63,833 nt of DNA, filler included, from Olpidium bornovanus S191 (GCA_017911155.1; 29 parts of 29 records of this genome joined end to end with filler, not necessarily neighbours in it); one strand, 5' to 3'; positions 46,834-60,105 are shown, counted from the whole stretch's first letter. Program-made: numbers and translations. Notes: generated by a model not told the origin, from the letters alone.

Positions 46834-48264
46834 CGTCAAATTCCGAGAAGAAAAAAAAAAATCTGTGTGACGGTAGTTGGCTCGCAATGGGCCGCCGCAT
46901 ACTTTCCCTCCCAGGCACCTGGGCATTGCCTCCCCCAGGCGGTTGCACTGCAGTGATTTTTTTTTTTCCCGGTGAAAGAAAAAAAAAAAGGAAAAACCAT
47001 TGAAAGCCGATAAGTCAGTGGAGGATTTCACCGAGATATCGCGGCTGGTCAACACGTTGGTCATTGGGGGAGAAAAATTAGAGATGGTTTTGCTCACGAG
47101 GCTCGTTCACCAGGGGAACCTTGGCATAAAAGAAAAGTATTGTTGAAACGTACACCATATCTCAATACGACAATATTAGTTTCGGTAAATTCAAAACGGC
47201 TCATCTTCCTCTCTATGATGAACTCTTTCCTAACACCGCTTCGATATTGCTTTGATTTCAGAACGCAGGGCGTGGCAGTTCTTTTCATTTGCGTTGGCGA
47301 ATAAAAAGGATGATTACACATTCATATCCAACGTCTGAGGCAGATTCGGATGCAGAATCCGACGCAGAATTCGATGCAGGGTTCGGATGAAGAATCCGAT
47401 GGAGATCTGCACGCAGAATCCGACGCAGATTCAGACGCAATCCCACACATTAGGGAAAAAAAAAGTAGCGGGGCATCGAGTATATGTGACGTAGACAGGG
47501 GAGGAAAAAAAAAAGTACGGGCATTTCTGACGTCTAGCGAGATTCGTAGCGTTCGGGGGAGGGAGAAAATTCGAAAACGCGCCCCGACGGCGCGAAACAT
47601 GGAAATTGTATTCGTACAAAAGACTGGGGGGGGGGGGAAGGACCGGATCGACTGCTTCGCGCGTCTATAGGTCGGGAGCAGGTCTGTACTAATCTAGCTG
47701 TCGCTTTTTGGAAGGCGGAATCGGCACCCGCTGGAAGTCCCCCAAAGGGAACGCCGTGCCGGACACAATGTGGGAGTGGTACGACGGGGGTAGCGGTGGG
47801 GGGTGGGGAGGGAGGGGAACGCATAGAGATTTGAGATTCGGCGTGCGTGGGTTTGGGGAGAGGAGGAGGGAGAAGAGGAAGAAGAGGCGGGAGCAGACAC
47901 CCTTCCCTTCCCTCCCGGTTGCGGCCACCCCGCCGGCAGGGCTTTCTCGGCGGGCGACGGCGATCCGGGGTGGGGGGCGCCGGCGCGGGGAGCGGCCCCC
48001 GCTCAGCAGCTCCGGAAGCGGGTAGCGGCGGCGAAGCGCGTGGCCTTCTCGGTGGCGGAAGCGACGTCGGCGGCAGCGGCGAGGGCTGCGGCGGCCGAGG
48101 AGGAGGGGCAAGTGGCGGCGGCGGCGGCGGCGGCGGCGCCGCTCCTGGGCTTGGCGGCCGCCGCGACGGACGAGGGGACCTGGGCGGCGGTCGACGCCGC
48201 GACGCGCGAGACCGCGTTCTCCGACTTCGGGACGACCTTGGACCACATGGCGCGCTCCCCTTTC

Positions 48265-48314
<50 letters not shown>

Positions 48315-48426
48315 NNNNNNNNNNNNNNNNNNNNNNNNNNNNNNNNNNNNNNNNNNNNTTAATTAATTAANNNNNNNNNNNNNNNNNNNNNNNNNNNNNN
48401 NNNNNNNNNNNNNNGGGGTTTTGGGT

Positions 48427-48461
<35 letters not shown>

Positions 48462-48728
48462 GGGTTTCCCCCCCCCCCCCCCCCTTCCTTCGATCCCCCG
48501 CTTTTTGCCCGCGAGAGAAAGGGCCAAAAACCCGTTCTTCCCGTTTTTTTTCCTCGGCCCCGCGGACCGGCCCCCCCCCTCCCCCCCCCCCCCCCCCCCC
48601 CCCGCTTCCCCCCGCTCCGCCCTCTGCGCGCCGTTTTGGCTGTCTGTTGAAACAGGAGAAAGAAATAAACCAGAGTGCAAGCAGGACCGCTGACGGCACG
48701 CGACTTCCCCCGTCTGTAAATTGTCGTT

Positions 48729-49627
48729 ATGTCCTGGAAACGACCGGCCGCGGCATCTGCCAGCAAGGATCAGTCTTTTGTGCACGTCCGGATGAAGGAC
48801 GGTCGGACGACGGCAATATCCGTCGACGACGGCTGGTCAGATAGCGTCGTGTGGGCTGTGTTTGCGGCCGCTGCTCAGATAAACGAGGTGTACGGCAAAT
48901 ACTCCGTCAAGCTGACCGACGCCGCGGGGAGGGAACTTCCGATAAATTCCAAGCTTCGGCCGAACAGTCCTGACGATCCGTACCTCGTCACCGTCGTTGA
49001 AGGTACGGTGGACTCCCCTGGGGGAGGGGGGGGGGAGGGGGGAAGGCACTTTGTTCCAATTGAAAAAAGTGGCTTGGCCGACTGGGACCTGCATTTCCAA
49101 ACCACGCTGCCAAACACGCGCGCACACACCAACTCCACGCGCGACGATGTCTACACGCAAACCTGACTGCCACCACCCTGTCCAGGACATCCCTCTGACG
49201 CCAAAGATCTGAAACCTGCGAGAATACCAGTCCACGATGTGCTCAGGGAAGGTGGCGATTTCGTTGACACTACTTCCAACGTCGTCGCGTCAATACGGAT
49301 ACGGCAAATTAGCAAAGGAAATGACTTCTTTGACCGCCAGCCGAGATATGAGGTGGACGAGGAAACACTCGAGATGCTCAAGCGGCCAGATTGCAACATT
49401 ATGAGATGGGACGATGGCCAACTGTCTACGCTGCTGTGAGTGCGCATGACTCGTGGTCTGACTGTCGGTCGAACAGATGATCCCAACGCTGAACCGCGTA
49501 TTATTAGGGAAGCGATGTTCGTAGAACTCGGCCTGGTGGAAGCGTTTAAAATTGATATAGCGGTCTTGAAAAGGTTCCTGTATACAATCGAATTTAATTA
49601 CAACAGCATGGCATTCCATAATTGGAG
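48729..49627 (+). CDS. PDE9-like cyclic-nucleotide phosphodiesterase, 5' part; exons 48729-49002, 49186-49435, 49508-49627
   Basis: N-terminal ...LRPNSPDDPYLV resembles PDE9A MPANSERTPYKV. PRYEVDEETLEMLKRP..W....L|EAMFVELGLVEAFKI..LKRFL....Y...FHNW resembles PDE9A PKYLLSPETIEALRKP...EHMYHDLGLVRDF...PFHNF. Confidence 0.78.
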
Positions 49628-49893
49628 GTGAGCAGTTGACAATTGTTGAGTATGGGCTGAAGCCTGTTGTGATTCTCCCTTTGTTTCCGATCCCGTTGCT
49701 GCCGTTATTTCCGCATTTGGCCCAAACNNNNNNNNNNNNNNNNNNNNNNNNNNNNNNNNNNNNNNNNNNNNTTAATTAATTAANNNNNNNNNNNNNNNNN
49801 NNNNNNNNNNNNNNNNNNNNNNNNNNNAAAAAAAAAAAAAAAAAAAAAACCCCCGCCGAACTTTTTTTTTTCTCCTCCCGTCTCAAACCGCAG

Positions 49894-50800
49894 GCATTTC
49901 GGCTACACGCGCACCACGCTGGGCCTGCACGTCTTCATCGCCTGGTGGCACGCCCTTGTCATCGCCCGCACGCCGCCGCCTTTCGAGTCCTTCGTCCACT
50001 TCACGTTCGCCCTCTCCGGGGCGTACCACCTCCTACTCCTGACCTCGTACTTCTGCCACCCGCCGGCGTTCCGCCGCCTGATCTACGACGGGTCCTGGTT
50101 CGTCAACGCGGCCCTCTGGTCGGCCATCGTGCTGCCGACGCGCTGGCCGGGCGTCGTCGCCCACGCGTGCGGGGCGGCCCCGGCCGACGAAGGGCCGGAC
50201 GGCGCGCACGGCGGCGGCGGGGTCTTCTTCTCCTCCTCCCCCGCGCGGTGCTCCGGGTTCTCCGCGCACGCCGGCACGTTCCGCGCGGTGTTCGCGCCCC
50301 TGCTGCTGTGGGTGTCGTATCTCACCGTCGTGCACCGCAGGCTGGCCGCGCTGCTGCAGTGGGAGGGCGAGTCGCGGTTCGTGGCCTGGCGCGCCGGCAG
50401 AATGGGATTCGCCGCGGAGGACGAGCGCCTCGCCGGCCCGGGCGCCGCCCCGCCGCCGCCGCCCCTGCCCGGCGTGTGGTACGCGCCCGGCCGCGGCCTC
50501 GGCGTCGGATTATGCTTCCGTCTGTGCAGGCTCGTGGGCCCCGCGTGCGTTCCCCTGGTGTGCTGCCGGCTCCCGGGCATCAAGGCGGACATGCTTTCCT
50601 GTCCCGGGCTTCTGGCGACCGCCGCGGCCTCGGCGTTCGCCAACCTGCTGCTCTGGGTGTGGTACTCGCTAAACGGGTTCCAGTACCGCGGCGTCGTCTG
50701 GAGGCAGTACTTGCGAGACGGCGTGACCGTCTGGGCGGGGAAGAATGAAATCTTGCGAGGAGCGTGGCTGGAAGGACGTCTTCGCTGCTTTTCTTCGTAA
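49894..50800 (+). CDS. Unidentified multi-pass membrane protein, terminal exon
   Basis: About 300 open codons after CAG|G with several hydrophobic segments (LGLHVFIAWW, LSGAYHLLLL, WFVNAALWSAIVL, VFAPLLLWVSYL, FANLLLWVWY) and strong GC3 codon bias. Confidence 0.7.
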
Positions 50801-51103
50801 AAACACCGACCATCGCCTCTCTTTCGGCCCGCTCCGCCGCCGAACCACACAGTCCACCACACAGGACGAAACGCGTCTTTAAATACCGAAGCTTCTTCCG
50901 CAGATTCGACTTCGGCCACCATCATATCATCTCATAGTTAACCAGACAACCAGAGGCTAGCGACAAAAGTATCAGGCCAAGACGGTCTCCTTTGACCTTG
51001 CCAATTTTTCGCTGCGCGACTGAACCAGAACGGACAACGGACGTCCTCTGTGCTAGAGTGTCTCCAGAGCCACCTTCTGATTTTTCCAGTCGTCTCGCGG
51101 GTG

Positions 51104-51580
51104 TTAGTGGCCGGAGCACACCCATTTGGCATCGGGCAGAGCCTTCGCGACTTCCGCGCAGCTTCCCGGTGACGCCGTATACCACCTACATTGGCAGCAG
51201 TACGCCGCGGCACCTGCGGATCAAGCGGCGTTCGCCGAAAGGAGGGAACAGAAGGGGGGGAGGGGGAGAAGGGAGAAGCCCTCAAGAACCGCGCGGAATC
51301 CTGCTTCGAACCGGCGGAGGGCCGCTTTTCCCGACGCCCGCGTTTTGGCGGAACGGGCAAGCGGCACCGGAAAGAACGGCGAGAGGGGGAAAAGAGAGCC
51401 TTACCCTGCTGCGCGGAGAGTCCCGCCTTGAGCTTCTGCACGTCCGGCACGCTGTTCCGGAAGAAGAGGTAATCCACGCCCTCTTTGCTCCACGACGAAT
51501 CGGCGAATCTGAGGCACTGCAAGTCGCAGCCCGTGCACCGCAGCTTGGAGCATGGCCTTGCCATAGTGTGGCCACTTGAC
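51104..51580 (-). CDS. CFAP418: CFAP418/C8orf37 (retinal-maintenance domain) ciliary protein, 3' exons 51580-51405 and 51213-51104
   Basis: RPCSKLRCTGCDLQCLRFADSSWSKEGVDYLFFRNSVPDVQKLKAGL..|GAAAYCCQCRW...KWVCSGH* matches C8orf37 (RACDHLRCIACDF..DYLFFRNNMP..RAYACQCSW..WVCGKH). Confidence 0.92.
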
Positions 51581-51783
51581 CTTGAAGTCGGTTGAGGACG
51601 AGGTCCAAGGTTTCTTCCCCATTAAAGCCTGAAAGTTTTGCTGTAACAAGTGTATTATTTATCTGCGCAATNNNNNNNNNNNNNNNNNNNNNNNNNNNNN
51701 NNNNNNNNNNNNNNNTTAATTAATTAANNNNNNNNNNNNNNNNNNNNNNNNNNNNNNNNNNNNNNNNNNNNCCCCCCCCGCCC

Positions 51784-51828
<45 letters not shown>

Positions 51829-53613
51829 GCGTCCAGTGTTTTTACGCGTCCCGATCTTCCTATTTTTGTTTCTCGTTTTTTCGGTTTTTTTTTTTTCGCG
51901 CGCCGGCAGCGCCAGCTTTTGCGTGTGGCGACCGTGTGGCGAGTGTGGCCGCCCGGTGTGCGCACTGCCTTTTATTTGCTCCGCGTCCGCCTGCGAAAAG
52001 ACGCCTGCCACCGTCAGGAACTGACCACGAGGGAGTTCCGCTCCTTTAAGGTTACGTATCCTGATGCTGTCGCGTTCCGGATTCGAGGGATCATAACATC
52101 CGAGGGGGAGTAGCGCCCTAAAAAAAGTGCAACTTCCCCTCGGGAGTTACGTTTCCTGGCGAGTTTGGGTTGCAGGTCGCGTGGGGTCAGGCGCGTAGCC
52201 GGCCCGGTGAGAATCGGTGCCAGGTCAGCCTTTCCCAGTGGTCATCCCGAAACTGGCTCAAATGGCCGCCATGCGTTCGGCTTTTCCGGGAAAGGTCCAC
52301 ACGTAGCCACGGCCGCTGACGTCGTCAAGAGGAGTCAAGAGCAAGTCCCTGGTTTCTTTTTCCGCCAGAGGGGTGGGAGTTTTCTTTGTCCGAAGAAAAA
52401 GAAAAGGGAAGCCTGTCAAACACCTCCGCGTGGTGCTTTCTGGGCAGCGGTCTTTGTCCTTGCAGGGTCCGGCTAAGTTTGACTAATCCTGCCTCAAACA
52501 GTGCGCGTTTTCGCGGTATTCGTTCGATTGCCCGGTGCCTTTTCTTGTAAACAGCAATCCAGTGATCTCAACTTAAAACTCTCCATAGTACCAGTGTCGC
52601 TTCGCACGTCGACTCTCGCATCAGCTCTCGAATATCTGCAATCGCGCCATATTCTCCCTTGGCAGGCAGACCTTTCCAGCTTAAGATATAATGATGCGAG
52701 ATTTGATGTACTAATTATACATCCCTGCACAACCAAATACTTGTGCTGTAGCGTGGTGCCTCCGTCACTTTGTTTTGAAATTCTCGAGCCGCGAAGGCGG
52801 ATTGTAAGCGTTTTGTAGTGTGGTTACATTACACGAATTATTGCGGAGTTGGGACGGAGGATGTCGGCTTCGTGGAGACGTCATGTCGGCATTTTCCTGG
52901 TACGTATTCGCGCTGCGGACAGCTTTGTTTCAGATGGCGGCTTCGACGATTGCTGCCCAAGCTGGCGAGTTGACAAGGATACGGGGCTGTGCGGCTCCGA
53001 CCGGAACGCCGTGTCTGACGGGAAGCATTAGAGACCGAATAAGCGGCCGTTGGGCCATGTCGACACAAGGCCGATACGCCACGCTGGGTAACAAGATACC
53101 ACACACGCAACCACCATTCCGTTCGGTTCTCCTAGGGTTTACGGGTTAGCCAGCTGCATAAGCCGGTCTACCCAACNNNNNNNNNNNNNNNNNNNNNNNN
53201 NNNNNNNNNNNNNNNNNNNNTTAATTAATTAANNNNNNNNNNNNNNNNNNNNNNNNNNNNNNNNNNNNNNNNNNNNAGGAGCAGAATAAACGATGCCGTT
53301 TGGTCGCCCAAAATCCGTGATCGCGCAGGGCGGCCAACACCCGGCAGGTGTTTGAACCGCCGGTCAATCAGCCGGAGCCGGCGTTCCCCCCCCCCCCCCC
53401 CCCCGCGGTCGAAACGCGGAGCCCAAAACGATTTCTATTCTATTTTTTTCAAATTGTTTTTTTCTTACCTGTGTCATTTTTCGTTTTATATTTTATTATT
53501 TTTCTTAATATTTCTGATTTTTTAAATTTTCAATTTCTTTTTTTCCGCGCGGGGTTTTTTCTAACTGGTTTATTTATTTATTTATTATGTTTTTTATTTG
53601 TTCCGGTTTCCAG

Positions 53614-55601
53614 GCCGATCCGGACCCAAACTCGAAGCGCTCAAACGACGGTTGGTGTGGATCGACCCGGCGTGCGAGGGGTTCGGCGTGCTGGTCGCCG
53701 ACCTGCGCGACCGGGCCGCGCTCGAGGCGGCCGTCAGGCAGGCCGCGGCCGTGGTTTCCGCCGCCGGGCCGTTCCTGGCCCGCGGGATGGAGCTCGTCGG
53801 CGCGTGCGCCAGGAACGGGACCCACTACGCCGACGCCTCAGGTGCGCGAGCGCGCGCGCGCGGCCTCCAGGAAAAAAAAATCCCCGTCTGGTTTCCGTCC
53901 ACTCTTTTTTTTTCCCTTCAAGACCGCGAAGCCTCCCCCCCCCTTCCCCCCCGCCCTCCAACCCCTCGCCCCCCCGCCGCGCTCGAGCGGGGCCGGCCTC
54001 GCGGGGAATTCAATTTAACTCGAAAAATCTCGATTCCCCGCGCCGGATTCCGACTTTTGTTATTTTTTATTTTGTCGTCGCTGCTGGTTTTTTGTTTTTT
54101 TTTTTTTTCTTCTCGACCCGGGGCGGAGGGCTTTTTTGTTTTTTTTTTTTTTTTCTGATCCAGGCGAGCTCGCGTTCGTGGAAGACTACACCGCGAAGTA
54201 CGACGACGAGGCCAGGCGGACCGGGGCGAAGTTGGTGTCGCTGTGCGGGTTTTGCTCCGTTCCGAGGTGACAAAGCTTTCGTTCCCCTTCCCCCCGGTGG
54301 GAAGGGGGGGCGCCGAAACAAAGAAAGCGAGGAAGAGCGGGAGAGACGAAAAAAAAAAACGCGTGGCGCCCCGCCGCCGCTGACAGCGCGGTCCTTCCCT
54401 CTCCGCGCCCGCTTTATCTTTTTTTTTATCTTGTTTTCCCCTTTTGCGATCTTCAAAGCGACCTGGGAACGTTCGTGTGCGTTTCTTTTTTTTTCTCGCG
54501 TTTGAGGGCTCCCCCGTCCCACGCGCCCCCCCCCCCCTTCCCCCCCACCCGCCCGTCTGATTTTCAGGAAAACAAAATTGCCCCGGAAGGTCGTGGGGAT
54601 AGGGAGGGGGGGACACTGACCAAAAGAAAAAAATAATTGAAGGGTTGCCGATTACATCCGCTCCAAACACGGGCTGCCCGTCGCGCACGTGAAGTGCTCC
54701 GTCACCGAGCTCGGGGGCGGGTGGTGGAGCGGCGGCGCCGGCGCCGTCCGGACGGCGCTGAAGACCCTGGAACTCCCGCTGTCGCGCCTCTGGCGCATCG
54801 CGAGAGATCCTTACGCGCTTTCTCTGAAAGCCGGCGGTGAGTCAAACGCCTTCCGGCCGCCCCCCGCACGGCCCCCCCGCCCCCTCCCGCTGCTGCGCTG
54901 CTTCGCCGGCGCGCGCCGCCTAGTCCCAGAACTCGCGTTTCTTTTTTTTCTTCTTTTTTGATCGATTTTACCGCTCCGGTGAATTCTCGCCCTCTTTTTC
55001 TCTCTCGCTTTACGCGGCTGACTGTTTTTTTTTCTTTCTTTCCCCCCCACCCCTCCGTTTCGAAAAAGTTCGCGGCCCGACGAGCAGCGACCCGGTTTTC
55101 GGGGTGTACTACGACAAGGACTTCGGCCGCTGGCAGGGTCCCTTCGTGATGGCGACGGTACGCGGCGGACTTTCCCCGTCCCTCCCCCGGTTCGGTTCCA
55201 ACCAATTTTTTTGGGGGGGGTTTGGCCTGGTCCGCTTGTCCCCCGGACAGTATTTTCGTTCGAATCTCCATTCGCCCACGGCAAAAAAAAAAAAAAAAAA
55301 AAAGGTCAACCGGCCCGTCGTCCGGCACTCCAACGTCCTCCGCGGCAACGAGCCGTACGGGGCGTCGTTCACGTACGCGGAGACGGCGTCTTACGCCGGC
55401 GCCCTCCGGGCCTCGGCGGCGGCGGCCGGCGCCGCCCTGGCCGCGGGCGCCGCCCTGGCCGTCTTCCCGCTGCTCAGGATCCCGCTCGCCGGGCGGCTGC
55501 TCGACGGCCTGCTCCGCCCGAAACCCGGCGCCGGGCCTTCCCGCGAGGAGATCGAGTCTGGCGGCTTCACCGTGGAGTTTGTCGGCGAGTCGGAGCCCGA
55601 T
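53614..55601 (+). CDS. Saccharopine dehydrogenase-like oxidoreductase (SCCPDH family), internal exons 53614-53841, 54164-54266, 54459-54476, about 54643-54837, 55069-55157, 55305-55601
   Basis: GRSGPKLEAL...AAGPFLARGMELVGACARNGTHYADAS|GE..., LCGFCSVP|SDLGTF|VVADYIRSKHG, FVMAT|VNRPVVRHSN, PKPGAGPSREEIESGGF. Coordinates near 54640 may be off by 1. Confidence 0.9.
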
Positions 55602-55620
55602 GTGAGAGTAAAAGGGAGAA

Positions 55621-55670
<50 letters not shown>

Positions 55671-57142
55671 AGCGGTGCGTTGCGATCTTTCGAGGATCAA
55701 TGGCGTATCTTGGGGGGGGGGTGATTCTGTTCCGCCCAGCCCGTCAACCCGGGGGTTTGTTGCTTTTCCGGCGCTTTAACTCCGTTTCCGAGGCAACGGT
55801 CGCCCGTTTCCGAGCAACCGCAAAACCCCCGGGGACAAGTACCCCCGGGGGCGGGGCCGGGCGACCGAAAACCCGGTTCCTAAAAACCCAAAAACCCCCG
55901 GTGACATTCGCGAACCCGGCACTCTCCGGCGGACCACCTCGCCCCTGCGTCCCACGTCTTTGACGGACTCGGGGGCCGACGGCAGCAGCGGGCGGCGCCG
56001 ATCCTGCAAACAATCGGTTTGGGTTCGGGTTTCCGGGGAATCGGATTTTCCGGTCCCCCGCGGGGCCCTTCCGAATCGTCCGCAAGATCGGTAAATTATG
56101 ACCTAGATAGCAAGATGGGCTCATTCCGGGGAGTGGGTAGGACGGGGGGAACCCCGGGTTGTCCCGAGTGAGGCAATGCTGGGTGAGCCCGTTAGGGTGA
56201 AACCCAGTGTCTGCCGTAAACGACGTCTGTCGGCCTGAAGCCTTCTCCAGCCAATCACAGGCATCCTGACAACTCAGTGCCAACTCAGCCCTTCCCCAGT
56301 TCCCATTCCGATTCAAGAAAGGGATCACCTTCAACCCCCTTCTTAAATTTTTTATCACAGCGCACGCCACACGCCTGACACCGCCTGACACTGTTTGAAA
56401 AAAAAAAACGGATCACTGCCTTCCCCAGCAACAAAAAAAACCAACAGCTGCCCAGGCCGTCACCAAACACCGAGAACAACTACCTACCTACAAAACAAAA
56501 GACAATGTCTACTGATCACGCAGCGTCAGACACGTCAGCTGTTCTGGAAAGACAGTTGTGGAAGTACGCTTGCAGCTTTGTCGGTGGAATTGTGAAGTTG
56601 GTTGCCGGTTTGGTGCTCTCTTTGTATTTTTACCCGGAAGAGTAAGCTGGTTTTGCTCTTTTAAGTTTGCTGTTTCGCAATTACCGGTTCGCTGTTCAGC
56701 GATTACCGGTTTGCCGTTCTGTAAATTGAGACACGCTGACGTGGTGGAGAGTTTCTTTTGTAGCCACGAGGAAGGAGAGAACAGAAGAGGGTAAAACTTG
56801 TTTTGTTCCGGAGGAGGCTTGTGGCTACGGGATAAATGAAGCAATTGCAAAAAAAAAAGACGCGTTGATCATGATTGTCTCAACCGTTGCTTTTTCAATT
56901 TTTTAGAAGTTTTTTGAACTGGCTTTCTACTTATTTGGGTGGAAAGTAGTTGCGGAGAACGGGGTTGTCAAGTATAGCTGCACTGTGANNNNNNNNNNNN
57001 NNNNNNNNNNNNNNNNNNNNNNNNNNNNNNNNTTAATTAATTAANNNNNNNNNNNNNNNNNNNNNNNNNNNNNNNNNNNNNNNNNNNNAGAAGAAGAGAT
57101 ATAAGCGACGAGGACGATCCGGCGCAGTTGTCGTCGCGGCTG

Positions 57143-57193
<51 letters not shown>

Positions 57194-57199
57194 GGGGGT

Positions 57200-57239
<40 letters not shown>

Positions 57240-57658
57240 CCCCCCCCCGCCGCCGCGCGGCTGCACACGCTCAGCCCCACCGTACGCGCTTAATACGTAC
57301 TGCGACAGACCGAAATTCCGGGCGCCGGGAGCCGCTTGAAGCCACCCCCGTGTTGCAGCAGCATTTTTTGTCTCTGGTTTGCGATCTCCGGTTCACGATA
57401 TTTGTGTCCCCGTCTGCCTCGACACCTCCGCTTATCCCCTCGCCACATCATACCTCGCGGGACGTGCCGCTGGTCAAATACCCGCGTCGTCAAGCGCGAC
57501 CTGACCCGCTCGACGGACGTCGCGCATTGCCAAGCGTCACCGGTTTGTTCGTGGCGTGGACGACGAGCCTAGCTTCGCTCCGTTCGCCGCGGATGGTCTA
57601 GGCATGCTCGGCCGGCGGCTGGTGATGCGAAGGCGCGAGCAGGAACAGCGAACAGTCG

Positions 57659-57712
57659 GACCGCGTTCGATATGAATGACTGAACGACCGCGTTCGATAT
57701 GAATGACTGAAC
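57659..57712. repeat. Perfect 27-bp tandem duplication (GACCGCGTTCGATATGAATGACTGAAC x2)
   Basis: Direct inspection. Confidence 0.95.
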
Positions 57713-58434
57713 GGCTGAAGGCGATCCGAAGCCCGGCCTGCTAATTCGTGACGTACGGCCTTCCCCCCCCCCCCTTGGAGCGAGAGCCTGGACTCGGAGC
57801 GGAGCGGCGTTTGTTCGCACGGGGGCTGCATGCGGCGGATGTTGATCACGTGGCGCGCGCGCGAGATGGGAAAAAAGCCGGCGGTCAGGTGACGTCACGC
57901 TTTGTGGGGCGCGGACGCAATGTTTTGTGTGGGTTTTTGTGCGGGAAAGCGGGGAGGAGGAACGCGGGGGGCGTGCGCGCGTCGCCACGACGCGGGGAGA
58001 CGGGCCCAACAAGAGCGCGCCCGGCTGACCGCAGGGGCGGGAGGGCGTCGCCGGGAGAAGAGGGGCGGGCGGTTGAATGGAGGATGCCGGGGACGGCGAA
58101 AGAGAGCGTTTCCAAACGCCCGTGGGCGCCGAGCCCGACGCCGTAATTGCGGCGAGGCCGACAGCAGGTTTGTTTAGGAGGGCGACGGCAGGTTCGCCCG
58201 ACTCCGGCGCCGACAGCCCGCGATAGACGCGCGTTGGACGGAAAGGTTGTCGAAGAGCTCTGCCGGCAGTTCAACAAAGAAGAGCGCAAAAAAAAAAAAA
58301 CGCCCAGCCGCGCGAAAAAGGCACTGGCGGGGAAAGAGGGGGCGAGGTCGTACGTTGGTTGCGTGAAACTACGGTCACGGAGACTGCGGCGGCGCGCTTC
58401 GACGCCGCTGATCCTTCGGACGACCGAACGGCGG

Positions 58435-58502
58435 TCGGCATCGGCGGTCGGCAGCCGGCGGCAGGCGGTCGGCATCGGCGGTTGGCAGCCGGCGGCAGGC
58501 GA
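58435..58502. repeat. 34-bp tandem duplication built from CGGC motifs
   Basis: TCGGCATCGGCGGTYGGCAGCCGGCGGCAGGCGR x2. Confidence 0.9.
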
Positions 58503-59632
58503 TCGGCGAGAGTCCACGGCTGTGACAAAGAGCCAAATGGCACCTCCGAGGCCGGGTCACGCGCTGATCCAGAGCCAACAGCGCCAAGCTGCGGGCGGCG
58601 GCGGCGGCGGCGGCGGCGCGCTGACGGAGGATCCAGCGGAAACGGCGCAAGCGCTGCGTCGCCCGAGGGCGGCCGGCGACGGGGGAGGTGGACCACCGAA
58701 AAGAACGAGGAGGCTGGTCGCGCGGCCGGCGGGCCGTGCCGTCTGATTGGAACCAAGAGCAGCTCCGGCTGTTGAAGCACTCGGAGCGCCCGGCGGTGGG
58801 CGTCCCTGTTGATGATGTCGCGTGGAAGCGCAACAGGGAGAGCTCTCGGGCGGCGCGGCGGCCCACCTCGAAAAAGCGGCGGCGGGCCTTCTCCTTCATG
58901 GTTTTTACGGTACCGCGGGTACCCCCTGCCTCTGCAGGGCGCGGCGGAAGTTCATGAAGCACCGCCGGGCGGTCAAACGCCTTCGCGGAGGTCCGCCGCG
59001 GCGCAAAGCCGCCGGAGGATATCTTGGAGCTCTGTGGCGCTGGGGGGCGGGCCCGTCTGGGCCGCACGAAGAGCGCTACGCGGACGCGGCCGATGCCAAC
59101 GACCCGCGGAACGGCTGTTGTTGGTCCTGGACGGCCCATAACATACTCGAGAACCGTGACATGTGAGCCGGAACGAGGTGTTGACGACGAAGTCGACAGA
59201 AAACCGACTTGAGGTATCCGGGAATAACCAGCTGGGTCGGCGGGCCCCCGTTCTTCCCCGGTTGCTGTGAGGGCTCCGCTNNNNNNNNNNNNNNNNNNNN
59301 NNNNNNNNNNNNNNNNNNNNNNNNTTAATTAATTAANNNNNNNNNNNNNNNNNNNNNNNNNNNNNNNNNNNNNNNNNNNNATGATTTTTTTAAATATTTA
59401 GTTGTTTATTTTTTTTGGCCACGGGCTGGACCGAGCTGCCCTGCGCGCAAGTACATTTCCTGTCGGCGCGCCGGGCACGCGGAAAAACCGCCGGAACGGA
59501 GGGTGGAGGAGAAGGGGAAGGGGCGCGATCGGCAGGTCAATGCCGGGAAAATACTACATGATTATACTGACGGTTTTTTTTTTCGACAAAACTTTTTTTT
59601 TTGCCGCACGGAATTTTGTTTCAAACGCACAG

Positions 59633-60105
59633 CTTTCGACCGCCACTGCAACATGGTGCTAGAAAACGTCAAGGAGGTGAGACAGGGGATTCGCAGAGAG
59701 AAAGTTCGCTCGCTTTTGCGAAATCGTATGCTCGCTCGCCGCTCACTTTTGACCGCGCCCCCTCCTCCTCCCTTCCTTTTTTTTAATGCTCACGCGTCTC
59801 TCTGTCGATGTCTCTCACATTAACCCGGGCAAGCAGATGTGGACGGAACCCCCGCGTACGGGCCAAGGCAAGAAGGCCAAGCCGGTAAACAAGGATCGGT
59901 TCATCAGCAAGTTGTTCCTCCGGGGCGACTCCGTCATTCTGGGTGAGGTTTTTTTATTTAAGTTTCTTGAGTGGAGGGGAAACGCTCATTCGAGGTGGTG
60001 GGGCACATGATGGCCACACCTCCGGACTCCTCGATCCCTATCTCTAATTTTTATTACTATCTGTTGTTTCCCTCGGTGTACCTAGTTTTACGGAGTACGG
60101 CCTAA
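59633..60105 (+). CDS. SMD2: Small nuclear ribonucleoprotein Sm D2, 3' exons 59633-59676, 59837-59942, 60086-60105
   Basis: [14 protein letters not shown]|[35 protein letters not shown]|VLRSTA*. Confidence 0.97.

Noticed and set aside
55255-55270. GTTCGAATC as a tRNA T-loop
   Set aside because: No T-stem, acceptor stem or cloverleaf; it lies inside an SCCPDH intron.
57847-57897. CACGTG E-box and TGACGTCA CRE sites (also TCACGTGA near 62003)
   Set aside because: Short motifs expected by chance; the first two have no identifiable downstream gene to tie them to.
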